DNA of 39,115 nucleotides from IMG/VR virus record IMGVR_UViG_3300025327_000007; one strand, given 5' to 3'. Each line of letters begins with the position of its first letter. Positions within the stretch are counted from its first letter, which is position 1. The position numbers and the translations under genes were made by a program. The stretch comes from a virus. Below are positions 7,513 to 15,246 of the stretch, piece by piece. A model generated the notes under the pieces. That model saw only the letters and a program-made list of their open reading frames with translations. It searched no databases and was not told where the DNA came from.

Positions 7513-8339
7513 CACTTCCCTCCGTGGCGTTTGACGAAACGCGCCATGACCGCCATGTTCTGGTCGCCGACCGTGGGCTTTCCGACAGGCTTGGGGTTCT
7601 CTACGCTGCCATCCCAGCGTCCGTATGTCGCACTGAACCGCTGAGGGCTCGCGTATTCGGCATCCACCTGAGCCAGGTAGCTTCGCCACGCCGCGCGCAC
7701 CTCGGCCCAGCCATGCCGGGCCACTAGCGGCTTCAGCGCAGCCCCGATCCGGGCGCCAGGCGCGCTACCGCGGAACCGTGCGATCCAATCGTCGCAAGCC
7801 TCCCGCGTCCATGGGATCACCGTGACGACCGCTGCGGGCGCTAGCGGCGGCGCTGCGTCAGCAGCGCACCCCCCCCTCTCAGGGGGGGTAGGGGGGGGCG
7901 GAGACGGAGACGGAGACGGAGACGGAGACGGAGGCTGGTGCTGGGCTGGTGCCTCCGGCTGGTCGCCGGCTGGTGGTCCGGCTGGTGGTCCGGCTGGTGG
8001 TGGGCTGGTGAAACGACCGCCAGCGCGTACGGCTTGGAGCGCTCGTTTGCGTCCCTTTTCAGCTTGCGCTATAGGCCAGCTTGAGACCTCGTCGTGCGTG
8101 TCATTCCGCCAACCATCCGGCGTTCGGCGGAACCGAGCCAAAACTACGTCCCGGACTTTTCGCCATGCTTCTGGATCGCCGCTGATCTTCGCCAGGATAC
8201 GATCCTCGAGCGGCAACAGCCCCTCCCGGAGCCAGAGCTCGTCGAGCAGATTGCGGTACACGCCCTGCTCCTCTGCGGTCATGTCGGTGTAGGCGGTGCT
8301 CTTCCGCCAGCGGTCGATCCACCACCACGCAGCACGCAT
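7512..8339 (-). CDS. DUF1376-domain protein with low-complexity linker
   Basis: N-terminus MRAAWWWIDRWRKSTAYTDMTAEEQGVYRNLLDELW..DGWRN matches the DUF1376 pattern. The linker is PAGPPAGPPAG..SPSPSPSPSPPPPTPP. I prefer the start at 8339 (TGATG coupling) over 8381. Confidence 0.6.
   Translation of the reverse strand: MRAAWWWIDRWRKSTAYTDMTAEEQGVYRNLLDELWLREGLLPLEDRILAKISGDPEAWRKVRDVVLARFRRTPDGWRNDTHDEVSSWPIAQAEKGRKRALQAVRAGGRFTSPPPAGPPAGPPAGDQPEAPAQHQPPSPSPSPSPSPPPPTPPERGGCAADAAPPLAPAAVVTVIPWTREACDDWIARFRGSAPGARIGAALKPLVARHGWAEVRAAWRSYLAQVDAEYASPQRFSATYGRWDGSVENPKPVGKPTVGDQNMAVMARFVKRHGGK
7869..8010. repeat. Compound repeat block: C8-TCTCA-G7-TA-G8, (GGAGAC)5, (CCGGCTGGTGGT)3
   Basis: Read directly. 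It lies in the interdomain linker of the DUF1376 gene. Confidence 0.85.
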
Positions 8340-8578
8340 CAGAGCGCCGCCGTTCGGCGTTCTTGTTTTGCTTTTAGCCATGCGAGCCAGTGCAGAATCC
8401 GGGCCTGGTCACGCGGATCCAGCCGGCTCCACTCATGAGCGCAGCGGTCGTCGCCGAGGCCAAGCCGTTTGGCCTCGAGCGCGCAGGCAAACTTCAAGGC
8501 ACGCGACAAGCGCCCGTCGCCCTTTGGACCACCCGGGCCGCGACATTTGGATGTCTGTGGTATACTCTCGTTGCCCAC
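8339..8578 (-). CDS. Hypothetical protein (79 aa)
   Basis: GGAGG lies 8 nt upstream of GTG 8578. This is the first gene after the 8579-8676 gap. Confidence 0.5.
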   Translation of the reverse strand: MGNESIPQTSKCRGPGGPKGDGRLSRALKFACALEAKRLGLGDDRCAHEWSRLDPRDQARILHWLAWLKAKQERRTAAL

Positions 8579-8605
8579 GGAATCTACCTCCGTGACGCCG
8601 CAGTT

Positions 8606-8633
8606 CGCCCGGGGTCACTCACCTCCCCGGGCG
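8606..8633 (-). terminator. Perfect 9-bp GC hairpin (CGCCCGGGG-10 nt-CCCCGGGCG), possible terminator or 5'-UTR structure
   Basis: Inverted repeat read directly. It lies in the gap downstream of 8677..9141. There is no U tract. Confidence 0.3.
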
Positions 8634-8676
8634 TTGCTCTTTTGTGGCAGCGTCGCCCTCTATCGTATGCCCGCTG

Positions 8677-9141
8677 TCAAGCCTTGTTCTCTCGCAGGTG
8701 CGCCACGATCGCAGCCGGCGAGATGCCCGCCCGCTCGGCGTCAGCCAGGAGCTCGCGCGAGCGCCGGAACGCCTTGTCCAGCGGCAGGCCCTGGTCCGCC
8801 TGAAGCACGTGGAGCAACTCGAAGAAGTAGTCCCGCCCTCCGTCCGGCAGGCGTGGGACGACCTGGTCGATCGGCCGCTCGACCTGGGCGCGCTTGATCG
8901 CAGACCCCAGGAACTTCATGATCCCGTACCCGGTCGTCAAGAACACGGTCAGCACACCGAGCGGGAACGGCGTCTCGAGGCCCACGATGGGCCCGACCTG
9001 CTCGAGTGCAGTCGCGGCGCCATCCTGGCCTGAGAGCTTCAGCGCCGCGATCGCGAGACCGTAGACGACGCCCCCGAAAGGCACCAGCTTCCCGGCGCCC
9101 TTGAGGCCCAGGCCCTTCAACAGATTCAGTACCAGTTTCAT
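8677..9141 (-). CDS. Membrane protein, hypothetical (154 aa)
   Basis: Tracked ORF. The N-terminal half is hydrophobic (GGVVYGLAIAAL.., GVLTVFLTTGYGIM). Confidence 0.6.
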   Translation of the reverse strand: MKLVLNLLKGLGLKGAGKLVPFGGVVYGLAIAALKLSGQDGAATALEQVGPIVGLETPFPLGVLTVFLTTGYGIMKFLGSAIKRAQVERPIDQVVPRLPDGGRDYFFELLHVLQADQGLPLDKAFRRSRELLADAERAGISPAAIVAHLRENKA

Positions 9142-9150
9142 GTTCTCCTC

Positions 9151-9339
9151 CTACTGGTTCGGGTTTCCGCGTCCCGACGTGTCGCGCAGTGCGGCTTCGG
9201 CCTTTTCCAGTATCACCAAGAACTGCTCGAGGCTCGGGTCCGCGTCAAGTCGCTCCAATGCCGCGTCGACGTTGCGGAGTTTTTGCGCGAGGACCGCGCG
9301 CGCTTGGCGCAGTTGCGCCACCGTCTGACTAACTGGCAT
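9151..9339 (-). CDS. Hypothetical helical protein (62 aa)
   Basis: Tracked ORF with coding-like composition. Confidence 0.55.
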   Translation of the reverse strand: MPVSQTVAQLRQARAVLAQKLRNVDAALERLDADPSLEQFLVILEKAEAALRDTSGRGNPNQ

Positions 9340-9342
9340 CGC

Positions 9343-9675
9343 TCAGTCCTCCGATCCGTCCGGCTTCAGCCGGTGTACGTTTCCGACTCGACGCCCCCGG
9401 TCGGATGCATCGAACAGCTCGACCGTGTCCGCGTGTACCTGCCACGTCACCAGTGCGTCATCGAGCACGCCGCGCGCACCCATGAACGTCACCAGACGGC
9501 TCCGCAGCGTGGGCCACTCACCGCGGCTCAGCAAGATCGAGACTTGTACGCCGGCAACTGCTGGTCCTGCGGCGCGTAGGACAGTGACGGAGACCACCCA
9601 GCCATCGTACCCCGAGATGGCTGCCGCAGCCTGCGCCTCGGTGACTCCAGCGACGGTGATCGTGACGAGGCGCAT
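9343..9675 (-). CDS. Hypothetical protein (110 aa)
   Basis: Internal ATG (MRLVTITVAGV..) of tracked ORF 9343..10143, 2 nt after the fibre stop. Confidence 0.55.
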   Translation of the reverse strand: MRLVTITVAGVTEAQAAAAISGYDGWVVSVTVLRAAGPAVAGVQVSILLSRGEWPTLRSRLVTFMGARGVLDDALVTWQVHADTVELFDASDRGRRVGNVHRLKPDGSED

Positions 9676-9677
9676 GA

Positions 9678-11072
9678 CTACTCGATGTACACGACGCCCC
9701 AGTAAAGAACGGTCGTTGGATTCGTGACGAACGTCGGATAAACCAGCTTGATCTCGAAGTAGTCGCCCGCCACGACAGCAACCGACACGTCGGCACCGTA
9801 AGTTTGATAGGCGGTATTGTGCTGCGCCGTAGTCGTGATCGTCGTATCCGTCGTGTTGTTCAAGCGGAAGTAAACCGACGTGTTCTCGGTCGTCCCGAGT
9901 ACGCCTGCCACCAGGATGTTGATATCGACGCGCTTGACGGTGCCCGCTTTTTGGATTTGAACACGTAGAATGGCGGCGGTGGCTGTAGCACCAGCAGCAG
10001 GTAGCCCCCCGATGTAGAGAGTCGCTGCGTCGGCCGGGCTTGTGGAAGCGCAGGCAAACTGGAGGTGTCTTCCCGCGCCCAGCGTTGCACGTTGAGTAGC
10101 AGCGTCCGCATCGTCCAGCAGCGCACGCCCCGCAGCCGTACAAGCGATCTCTTCGACGTCGCCCGCGCCCGCCGTAGAACGGCCGAGTAGTTTGTCTGTG
10201 GCGCTGACGTTCTGAACCTTCGCATACGTGACCGCATCATTGTCGATCTGTGCAGTACCGACCGTTGTGAGCGTAGCAAGGGCGCCCAGGCCAAGCGTTG
10301 TACGTTGAGCAGCCGCGTCCGCGTCGTCGAGAATCGCCCGACCCGCTGCGGTACACGCAATCTCCTCAGTGTCGCCAGCGCCGGCCGTAGAGCGACCCAA
10401 CACCTTGTCCGTAGCGCTGATGTTCTGGATCTTTGCGTACGTCACAGCATCATTGTCGATTTGCGCTGTGCCAACGGTCGCTAGTGTAGCGAGCGCACCA
10501 AGCCCTAGTGTGGTCCGCTGGGCAGCGGCATCGGCATCGTCCAGCAGCGCTCGACCCGCTGCGGTGCAAGCAATTTCCTCTACATCCCCGGCTCCCGCAG
10601 TCGACCGGCCGAGCACCTTGTCGGTAGCGCTGACGTTCTGGACCTTCGCGTAGGTGACCGCGTCGTTGTCGATTTGCGCCGTCCCTACCGTTGCGAGAGT
10701 CGCTAGCGCCCCGAGCCCTAGCGTGGTCCGTTGCGCTGCGGCGTCGACGTCGTCGAGGATGGCGCGACCAGCCGCCGTGCAGGCGATCTCTTCCGGGTCT
10801 CCCGCGCCCACAGTGGACCGTCCGAGTACCTTGTCCGTGGCGGACACGTTCTGCATCTTGGCGTAGGTGATGGCGTTGTCCGGCACGTCGGCCTTGGCCT
10901 GCCCGGCTGTCGCCAGATCCCAGGCGACAGTAGCCGTATCCGTGACGACACGCTCGGCGGTCAACGATGCGTGAGCGCTGCCCACCAGATACTGTGCATC
11001 AGTCGGTGCGCCGCCTCCACCCACTGCTGCAGAGGGAATGCTCAGGCCGCGTTGGAGCGCACGTCCGCTCAT
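9678..11072 (-). CDS. Tail fibre protein with four 60-aa tandem repeats
   Basis: Start MSGRALQ.. with ATGA coupling. The repeat unit is TVGTAQIDNDAVTYAKVQNVSATDKVLGRSTAGAGDVEEIACTAAGRALLDDADAAAQRTTLGLGALATL. The C-terminal domain is beta-rich. Confidence 0.7.
   Translation of the reverse strand: MSGRALQRGLSIPSAAVGGGGAPTDAQYLVGSAHASLTAERVVTDTATVAWDLATAGQAKADVPDNAITYAKMQNVSATDKVLGRSTVGAGDPEEIACTAAGRAILDDVDAAAQRTTLGLGALATLATVGTAQIDNDAVTYAKVQNVSATDKVLGRSTAGAGDVEEIACTAAGRALLDDADAAAQRTTLGLGALATLATVGTAQIDNDAVTYAKIQNISATDKVLGRSTAGAGDTEEIACTAAGRAILDDADAAAQRTTLGLGALATLTTVGTAQIDNDAVTYAKVQNVSATDKLLGRSTAGAGDVEEIACTAAGRALLDDADAATQRATLGAGRHLQFACASTSPADAATLYIGGLPAAGATATAAILRVQIQKAGTVKRVDINILVAGVLGTTENTSVYFRLNNTTDTTITTTAQHNTAYQTYGADVSVAVVAGDYFEIKLVYPTFVTNPTTVLYWGVVYIE
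10075..10890. repeat. About 4 tandem copies of a 180-bp coding repeat
   Basis: The 180-nt periodicity is visible in both the DNA and the protein. Confidence 0.85.
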
Positions 11073-11455
11073 CCGAGAGGGTAGCCTCGTCCCGGATCGC
11101 TCGCCAGGTTCCAATCCGGGTTTCCGGTCGTGATCTCTGTCAGCACGAACGTTCCGCCCGCAGCACTCGATATGCCGTAGACCGGGCCGGCCCAGCCATC
11201 ATCGAAGTAGACGCCGCCCAGGCCATCATCCGCAGTGGAGCACGCCTTGAGCGCGATGTGATACGCCAGTTGATCCGGCACAGTTGAGCCGAGCGCAAGC
11301 TTGATAACAGTGGTGCCCGTGTTCTGGACGATCAAGCCCTTCCGCTTCGGGTTCGCAGCGACGATCAAGGCCGCGGTATCGGCGATGCTCGTCTGCGCTG
11401 GCGCCGTCGCAGCGATCTGCGGGCTGCCCTCGACTAGCGCACGGACCGTACTCAT
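11069..11455 (-). CDS. Hypothetical protein (128 aa), fibre-associated by position
   Basis: Tracked ORF. Confidence 0.6.
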   Translation of the reverse strand: MSTVRALVEGSPQIAATAPAQTSIADTAALIVAANPKRKGLIVQNTGTTVIKLALGSTVPDQLAYHIALKACSTADDGLGGVYFDDGWAGPVYGISSAAGGTFVLTEITTGNPDWNLASDPGRGYPLG

Positions 11456-11458
11456 GAC

Positions 11459-11671
11459 CTACTTCCGCCTCCCTGACGGCAACGACGCGCACGGGACGCA
11501 CTCCTGCCGACCGCCCGAGTAGGTGCGCCAAGTCGTCACACTGTTGCCGCAGCGTGGGCAGACGATTGTACGGGGCGGCTTCTGCGGACTGAGCCACCAA
11601 GTAGCCGCGCGCGTAAGCCAACGCCGAGGCGGATCGGTTACGCGCATCTTGAGTCGGCCCCAGCGCGTCAT
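11459..11671 (-). CDS. Zinc-ribbon protein (70 aa)
   Basis: MTRWGRLK..CPRC..CVPC.., with ATGA coupling. Confidence 0.5.
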   Translation of the reverse strand: MTRWGRLKMRVTDPPRRWLTRAATWWLSPQKPPRTIVCPRCGNSVTTWRTYSGGRQECVPCASLPSGRRK

Positions 11672-11856
11672 GCCTTGCCTGGATCTCCGAAAGCAAGCGT
11701 CCGTACCTGGAATCGCGTCTGGAACCGGCTCCGCGGCGGCAGTACACGACGACCACAACCGCGACAGATGATCCCACGCTCGATCTTGCCGTCCTCGAGC
11801 CCCTGGCACCACTCGCACGCGCTCTCGGTCCTCCAGGCCGGCTCTGGATTCTTCAC
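11668..11856 (-). CDS. Zinc-ribbon protein (62 aa)
   Basis: VKNPEPAWRTESACEWC..CRGC.., with GTGA coupling. Confidence 0.5.
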   Translation of the reverse strand: MKNPEPAWRTESACEWCQGLEDGKIERGIICRGCGRRVLPPRSRFQTRFQVRTLAFGDPGKA

Positions 11857-12122
11857 TTGCGCTTCCTCCAGTCTCCGTAGACGTGACCGACCACTACGCC
11901 GAGGGCCACGCTGAAAACGCCTGTCAGGAACAGTAGCACGACGACCGTCAGATCCGGACTCGTCGCGAGTGCCCAGCGGAAGGCGGCGGTGATGTGGTTC
12001 GCGGGCATGTCGTCGCGCAGCGTGAGGAACTCGATCAGCGCGACCCAGCCCGCCGCGAGCGGCAGCGTGCCAATCGTGAGGACGAGGGTGATGATCGGCT
12101 TCCAGCCACGACGCGCCATCAC
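11853..12122 (-). CDS. Multi-TM small membrane protein (holin-like)
   Basis: Tracked ORF with 2-3 hydrophobic helices and a basic C-terminus (DWRKRK). GAGGAGGAGGG lies upstream. Confidence 0.55.
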   Translation of the reverse strand: MMARRGWKPIITLVLTIGTLPLAAGWVALIEFLTLRDDMPANHITAAFRWALATSPDLTVVVLLFLTGVFSVALGVVVGHVYGDWRKRK

Positions 12123-12138
12123 CCTCCTCCTCGGAAAG

Positions 12139-12213
12139 TGGTAGCGGAGGCGGGAGTTGAACCCGCATCCTCTCGGTTATGAGCCGAGCGCGTTACCGTT
12201 TCGCTACCCCGCG
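12139..12213 (-). tRNA. tRNA-Met (anticodon CAT), 75 nt with encoded CCA
   Basis: Folded by hand. Acceptor CGCGGGG/CTCCGCT; D arm GCGA-AACGGTA-ACGC; anticodon arm CTCGG-CTCATAA-CCGAG; T arm GCGGG-TTCAACT-CCCGC; then A-CCA. Confidence 0.85.
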
Positions 12214-12216
12214 TCA

Positions 12217-13608
12217 TCAGAACCTCGCAGGCCGGCAGACGGCCACGTATCCGCCCTTGCGCACGCGGCCGTTCGCGAAAACGATGTCGAACTGCTCGCT
12301 GCGGTCGTTGCTGTCCTTGACGCCGACTTCGTCATCGGACCCGCCTCCGGGCGTCTCCATCTTGGTCGTGGCGCAGAGCCCGCGCAGGCGTAGGCGGCGC
12401 GCGACCTCGGCGGTGAACTCGGCTTCATCCGCCACTTGGTTCGTCCCGCGCTCCGCGATGATCTCGTCGAGCACCTCGTCCACGACGCCCTGGAAGCGCG
12501 ACGGGCCACACCACTCACGCCACTTCTCGACCATCCGGCAGCAGCCGTAAATGCCCTTCTCCTCGCTGCCTGGCGCGCTGCACTCGGGCATCGGCGCAAC
12601 CCCGCACGGAGTCGGGGCGGGCACGGGTGCGGCGCCACCACCGAACATGGGCAAGAGGCGGAACCACTCCGAATCCGAGAGAGTTCCTTTCCACGCGATC
12701 AGGTGCCCTCCGTTCGCCCGGCTGAGACGCTGCATCTCCAGCCAATCCTCGGGCGTGTGGGGTTCGTTGTCGGACTCGATCAGCAGCTCGCCCCTGACAG
12801 CCGGGCGCCAGCCGTGGCCGACGACGAAGTCGAGCGCGTACCGGCCGCTGTTGCTCCCGATCAGTTTCTCGAACGGCGAGAGCCCCGATTCTTCTAACGC
12901 ACCTTGGACCGCTCGATAGATCCCGCGGATCCACGCCTCCGAGCGCTCGCCCTTGAAGCTCTCGTTGCCGTCGAAGTACACCGCGGCGGGCGACTGGCAT
13001 GTCGCCTCGACCACTTGGCGGATCCAGTCCTTGTGCCTCTGCTCCGGCGCGCGCGCCGTGACCTCCAGCCCATCTCCCCACGGCGTCTTGTCGTGATCCA
13101 GCGCCCAATGGTCGATCAGGCCGATCAGCGCGTAGATCCCGCGGGCCTCGCACTCGCGCACCGTGCGCGCCAGCTCCGGTAGCAGCGCCTCTGGCGAGGG
13201 GCTGCGGAATGGTCCGGGGCGCAGCTCGGTGATGTTGATGCCGGCCGCAGCGTAGCGATCGAGCATCGCGGGGATCACCAGCGGCCAGCCCCAGGCGATG
13301 CCCTCGTCCACGTCGGGCGTGTCGGGGTCGTCGCAACAGACCGTCGCCCCGATTAGCGGCGGGAAGAACTCCGGGAACTCGTACCGCAGCTCCGGCATCG
13401 TCGGCTCGGGCGGAGGCGGTGGCGGCGGAGGCCCAGCGTCCGGAAAGCGCTCCGCGAACTCGGGACTGCGCAGCATGTCCTCGCGGAGCTGCGCCTCGTG
13501 CAGACCTGCCTGCATCCGCGCGTTGTGGTGAAGCAACCCTTCGGCATCTGGCTCACGAAGCAGGATCTCACGATAGGCTAGCGCCACGACGTGACGGAAG
13601 TCGCTCAT
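12217..13608 (-). CDS. DUF4214-like N-terminal domain + proline linker + clan GH-A-like glycoside hydrolase + Cys-rich C-terminal domain
   Basis: YREILLREPDAEGLLHH..SPEF matches the DUF4214 pattern and is followed by P8. The motifs YFDGNESF and LLIESDNEP are TIM-barrel-type. Confidence 0.55.
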   Translation of the reverse strand: MSDFRHVVALAYREILLREPDAEGLLHHNARMQAGLHEAQLREDMLRSPEFAERFPDAGPPPPPPPPEPTMPELRYEFPEFFPPLIGATVCCDDPDTPDVDEGIAWGWPLVIPAMLDRYAAAGINITELRPGPFRSPSPEALLPELARTVRECEARGIYALIGLIDHWALDHDKTPWGDGLEVTARAPEQRHKDWIRQVVEATCQSPAAVYFDGNESFKGERSEAWIRGIYRAVQGALEESGLSPFEKLIGSNSGRYALDFVVGHGWRPAVRGELLIESDNEPHTPEDWLEMQRLSRANGGHLIAWKGTLSDSEWFRLLPMFGGGAAPVPAPTPCGVAPMPECSAPGSEEKGIYGCCRMVEKWREWCGPSRFQGVVDEVLDEIIAERGTNQVADEAEFTAEVARRLRLRGLCATTKMETPGGGSDDEVGVKDSNDRSEQFDIVFANGRVRKGGYVAVCRPARF

Positions 13609-14003
13609 GTCACCCTCAACTGGAACTCAGGGCGGTTTCCCGCTCGGTTCATGAACTCGACGAAACCCGCCTCGCTCGCTGCGATCCCGGGCTGACCAGC
13701 AAACGTCGCGTACGACTCGCCTACGAGCACGCAGCCCTCGGAGTGTAGCTCCACGTTGCCCTTGTGGAACAGCAGCCGCGCGTGCCCAGGCACTTCGATC
13801 TCGTACGTGTCGTACTCGCCTCGGAGGTAGCGCGTCCGCACGCAGCGCCAGAGGCCAGCTGGGATCTTCACGAGCTGGCCCGGACCCGATGGCAGCGCGT
13901 AGGTCCTCTCCAGGGTCGTACAAAACGGAACGTCGTGATGAAGCAAGACACCGAACGCTCCTTGCGGCAATACGACAACTCGCACGAGGGTAAAGTCAGC
14001 CAC
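13605..14003 (-). CDS. DUF5675-like protein with YkuD-type H..S.GC motif (candidate cell-wall enzyme)
   Basis: VADFTLVRVVVLPQGAFGVLL..TLERTY..IPAGLW..LLFHKGNVELHSEGCVLVG. GTG 14003 overlaps the HNH stop. Confidence 0.6.
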   Translation of the reverse strand: MADFTLVRVVVLPQGAFGVLLHHDVPFCTTLERTYALPSGPGQLVKIPAGLWRCVRTRYLRGEYDTYEIEVPGHARLLFHKGNVELHSEGCVLVGESYATFAGQPGIAASEAGFVEFMNRAGNRPEFQLRVT

Positions 14004-14601
14004 GGGCACGGAACGCACGCGCTCTCGTCTTGCAGATTTCACGGTACTGCGAGTCCTCCCGATACCGTTGTCTGCGTCGCGCATTTTCTCTGGTGCGGAA
14101 CCAGACAGAATCTTGTCGCCGCCGATAGTCTGCTGTCTTCTTTGCAGAGCATCGCCGACAGTGACGCCTCCCTGACCTGGCAACGTCGAATTGGTGCCCG
14201 CGGAGGCATTCCGTTTTTCGCGCGTTTACCGCCGTCACGCCAACACCGCGCAGTACGTTTTGTCCCCTCGTCGTTACTTCAAGGTGGTTCGGGTTCACAC
14301 ACCGGCGCACGCGGCATAGGTGATCGAGGGTGAGTTCCGTGGGAACAGGACCAACCAAATGTTCGTAAGCGTACCTGTGGGCGGAGGTCTTTCGATCTAC
14401 AAGCGTGAAACCTCCATACCCATTGGACGTCGATCCCCCGAGCCAACCCCAACAGTCGCCATGGCGAAAACCGCCGACTTCCATCGGGATCACCTTGGAC
14501 CAAAACCTGTTCGGGAGACGATCGTCGCCAAGTCTGCAAGGCAGTACGCCGAACGCGCCCTCGGGACGGATCGCGACGCGCAGCAGACCGAAGTCCTCCA
14601 T
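13996..14601 (-). CDS. HNH (HNH_3-type) homing endonuclease fused to a 20-aa DUF5675-like leader
   Basis: RFWSKV..CWGWLGGSTSNGYGGF..AHRYAYEHLVGPVP..LDHLCRVRRCVNPNHLE, plus a C-terminal CLRGH..CRRC. GC is lower. Confidence 0.8.
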   Translation of the reverse strand: MEDFGLLRVAIRPEGAFGVLPCRLGDDRLPNRFWSKVIPMEVGGFRHGDCWGWLGGSTSNGYGGFTLVDRKTSAHRYAYEHLVGPVPTELTLDHLCRVRRCVNPNHLEVTTRGQNVLRGVGVTAVNARKTECLRGHQFDVARSGRRHCRRCSAKKTADYRRRQDSVWFRTRENARRRQRYREDSQYREICKTRARAFRARG

Positions 14602-14792
14602 CACCGAAACTCCGCACGCACGCCGTGCCGCGCCATGTGCTCCACCACAGCGTTGATGGCTCCCTGCTTGGTCGCGTACACCCGAACGAACGAGCACTTC
14701 CCGCACGCCCAGCGCAGGCCGCCGCCTGCAACTGGCACCAGAAACACGACCGCACCGCCTCCGGCTTCGCCAGCGACTACGTGCGCCGTCAC
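14601..14792 (-). CDS. Hypothetical protein (63 aa)
   Basis: GTGA-coupled start VTAHVVAGE.. inside tracked ORF 14601..14861. Confidence 0.45.
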   Translation of the reverse strand: MTAHVVAGEAGGGAVVFLVPVAGGGLRWACGKCSFVRVYATKQGAINAVVEHMARHGVRAEFR

Positions 14793-14905
14793 CAGTGCCT
14801 CGGTCGGATATAGCCCCAGCGATGCATCTGGCGCCGCTCCCACCAGCGACGTAGCCACCACCCGACGCCAGTGCCAGCGATGAACGCGAGGATCTCCTGG
14901 GTCAC
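14789..14905 (-). CDS. 38-aa TM micro-protein (VTQEILAFIAGTGVGWWLRRWWERRQMHRWGYIRPRHW)
   Basis: GTGA overlaps at both ends. Hydrophobic helix followed by a basic tail. Confidence 0.35.
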   Translation of the reverse strand: MTQEILAFIAGTGVGWWLRRWWERRQMHRWGYIRPRHW

Positions 14906-15246
14906 TCGCGCGGCCTCAGCGCCCGGATTTCGCCCGTGATCGAGCCGATCGCACGCATGACCTCGCCGTGACGGTCGCCCGCCTCACTGCGGATCGCGGC
15001 GACGTCCTCGCGCACAGCCACGAGCCCCGCCTCGACCACCGACACGCGGACCTCGATCCCGCCCGCCCGCTCTTCCAGGACACCGCACGACCGCTCGCGC
15101 CGCTCATGATCGTGGCCGCTCGCTTCCCCGTTTTTCGCTCGGGCCGCACGGATGAGTCGCACGAGCGGGATGCCACCCAGAGCCGTGACGGACACCAGCA
15201 GCGTCGCGGCGAGGAGCTGACCTTCGGTGATCCGGGACCAGTCCAT
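14902..15246 (-). CDS. N-terminal TM + coiled-coil protein (114 aa; spanin- or holin-like by shape)
   Basis: MDWSRITEGQLLAATLLVSVTALGGIPLV.. followed by a helical segment. TGATG coupling. Confidence 0.5.
   Translation of the reverse strand: MDWSRITEGQLLAATLLVSVTALGGIPLVRLIRAARAKNGEASGHDHERRERSCGVLEERAGGIEVRVSVVEAGLVAVREDVAAIRSEAGDRHGEVMRAIGSITGEIRALRPRE

Noticed and set aside
8339-8381. Start of the DUF1376 gene at 8381 (MAKSKTRTPNGGAL..)
   Set aside because: It would overlap the upstream 79-aa ORF by 43 nt. ATG 8339 gives TGATG coupling and a typical DUF1376 N-terminus.
8675-8680. Additional TTGACA hexamers on the minus strand (8675-8680, 20315-20320, 17834-17839)
   Set aside because: None has a -10-like hexamer at 16-19 nt spacing. 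TATACT or TACGAT lies only 4-7 nt away. All sit inside or at the end of coding sequence.
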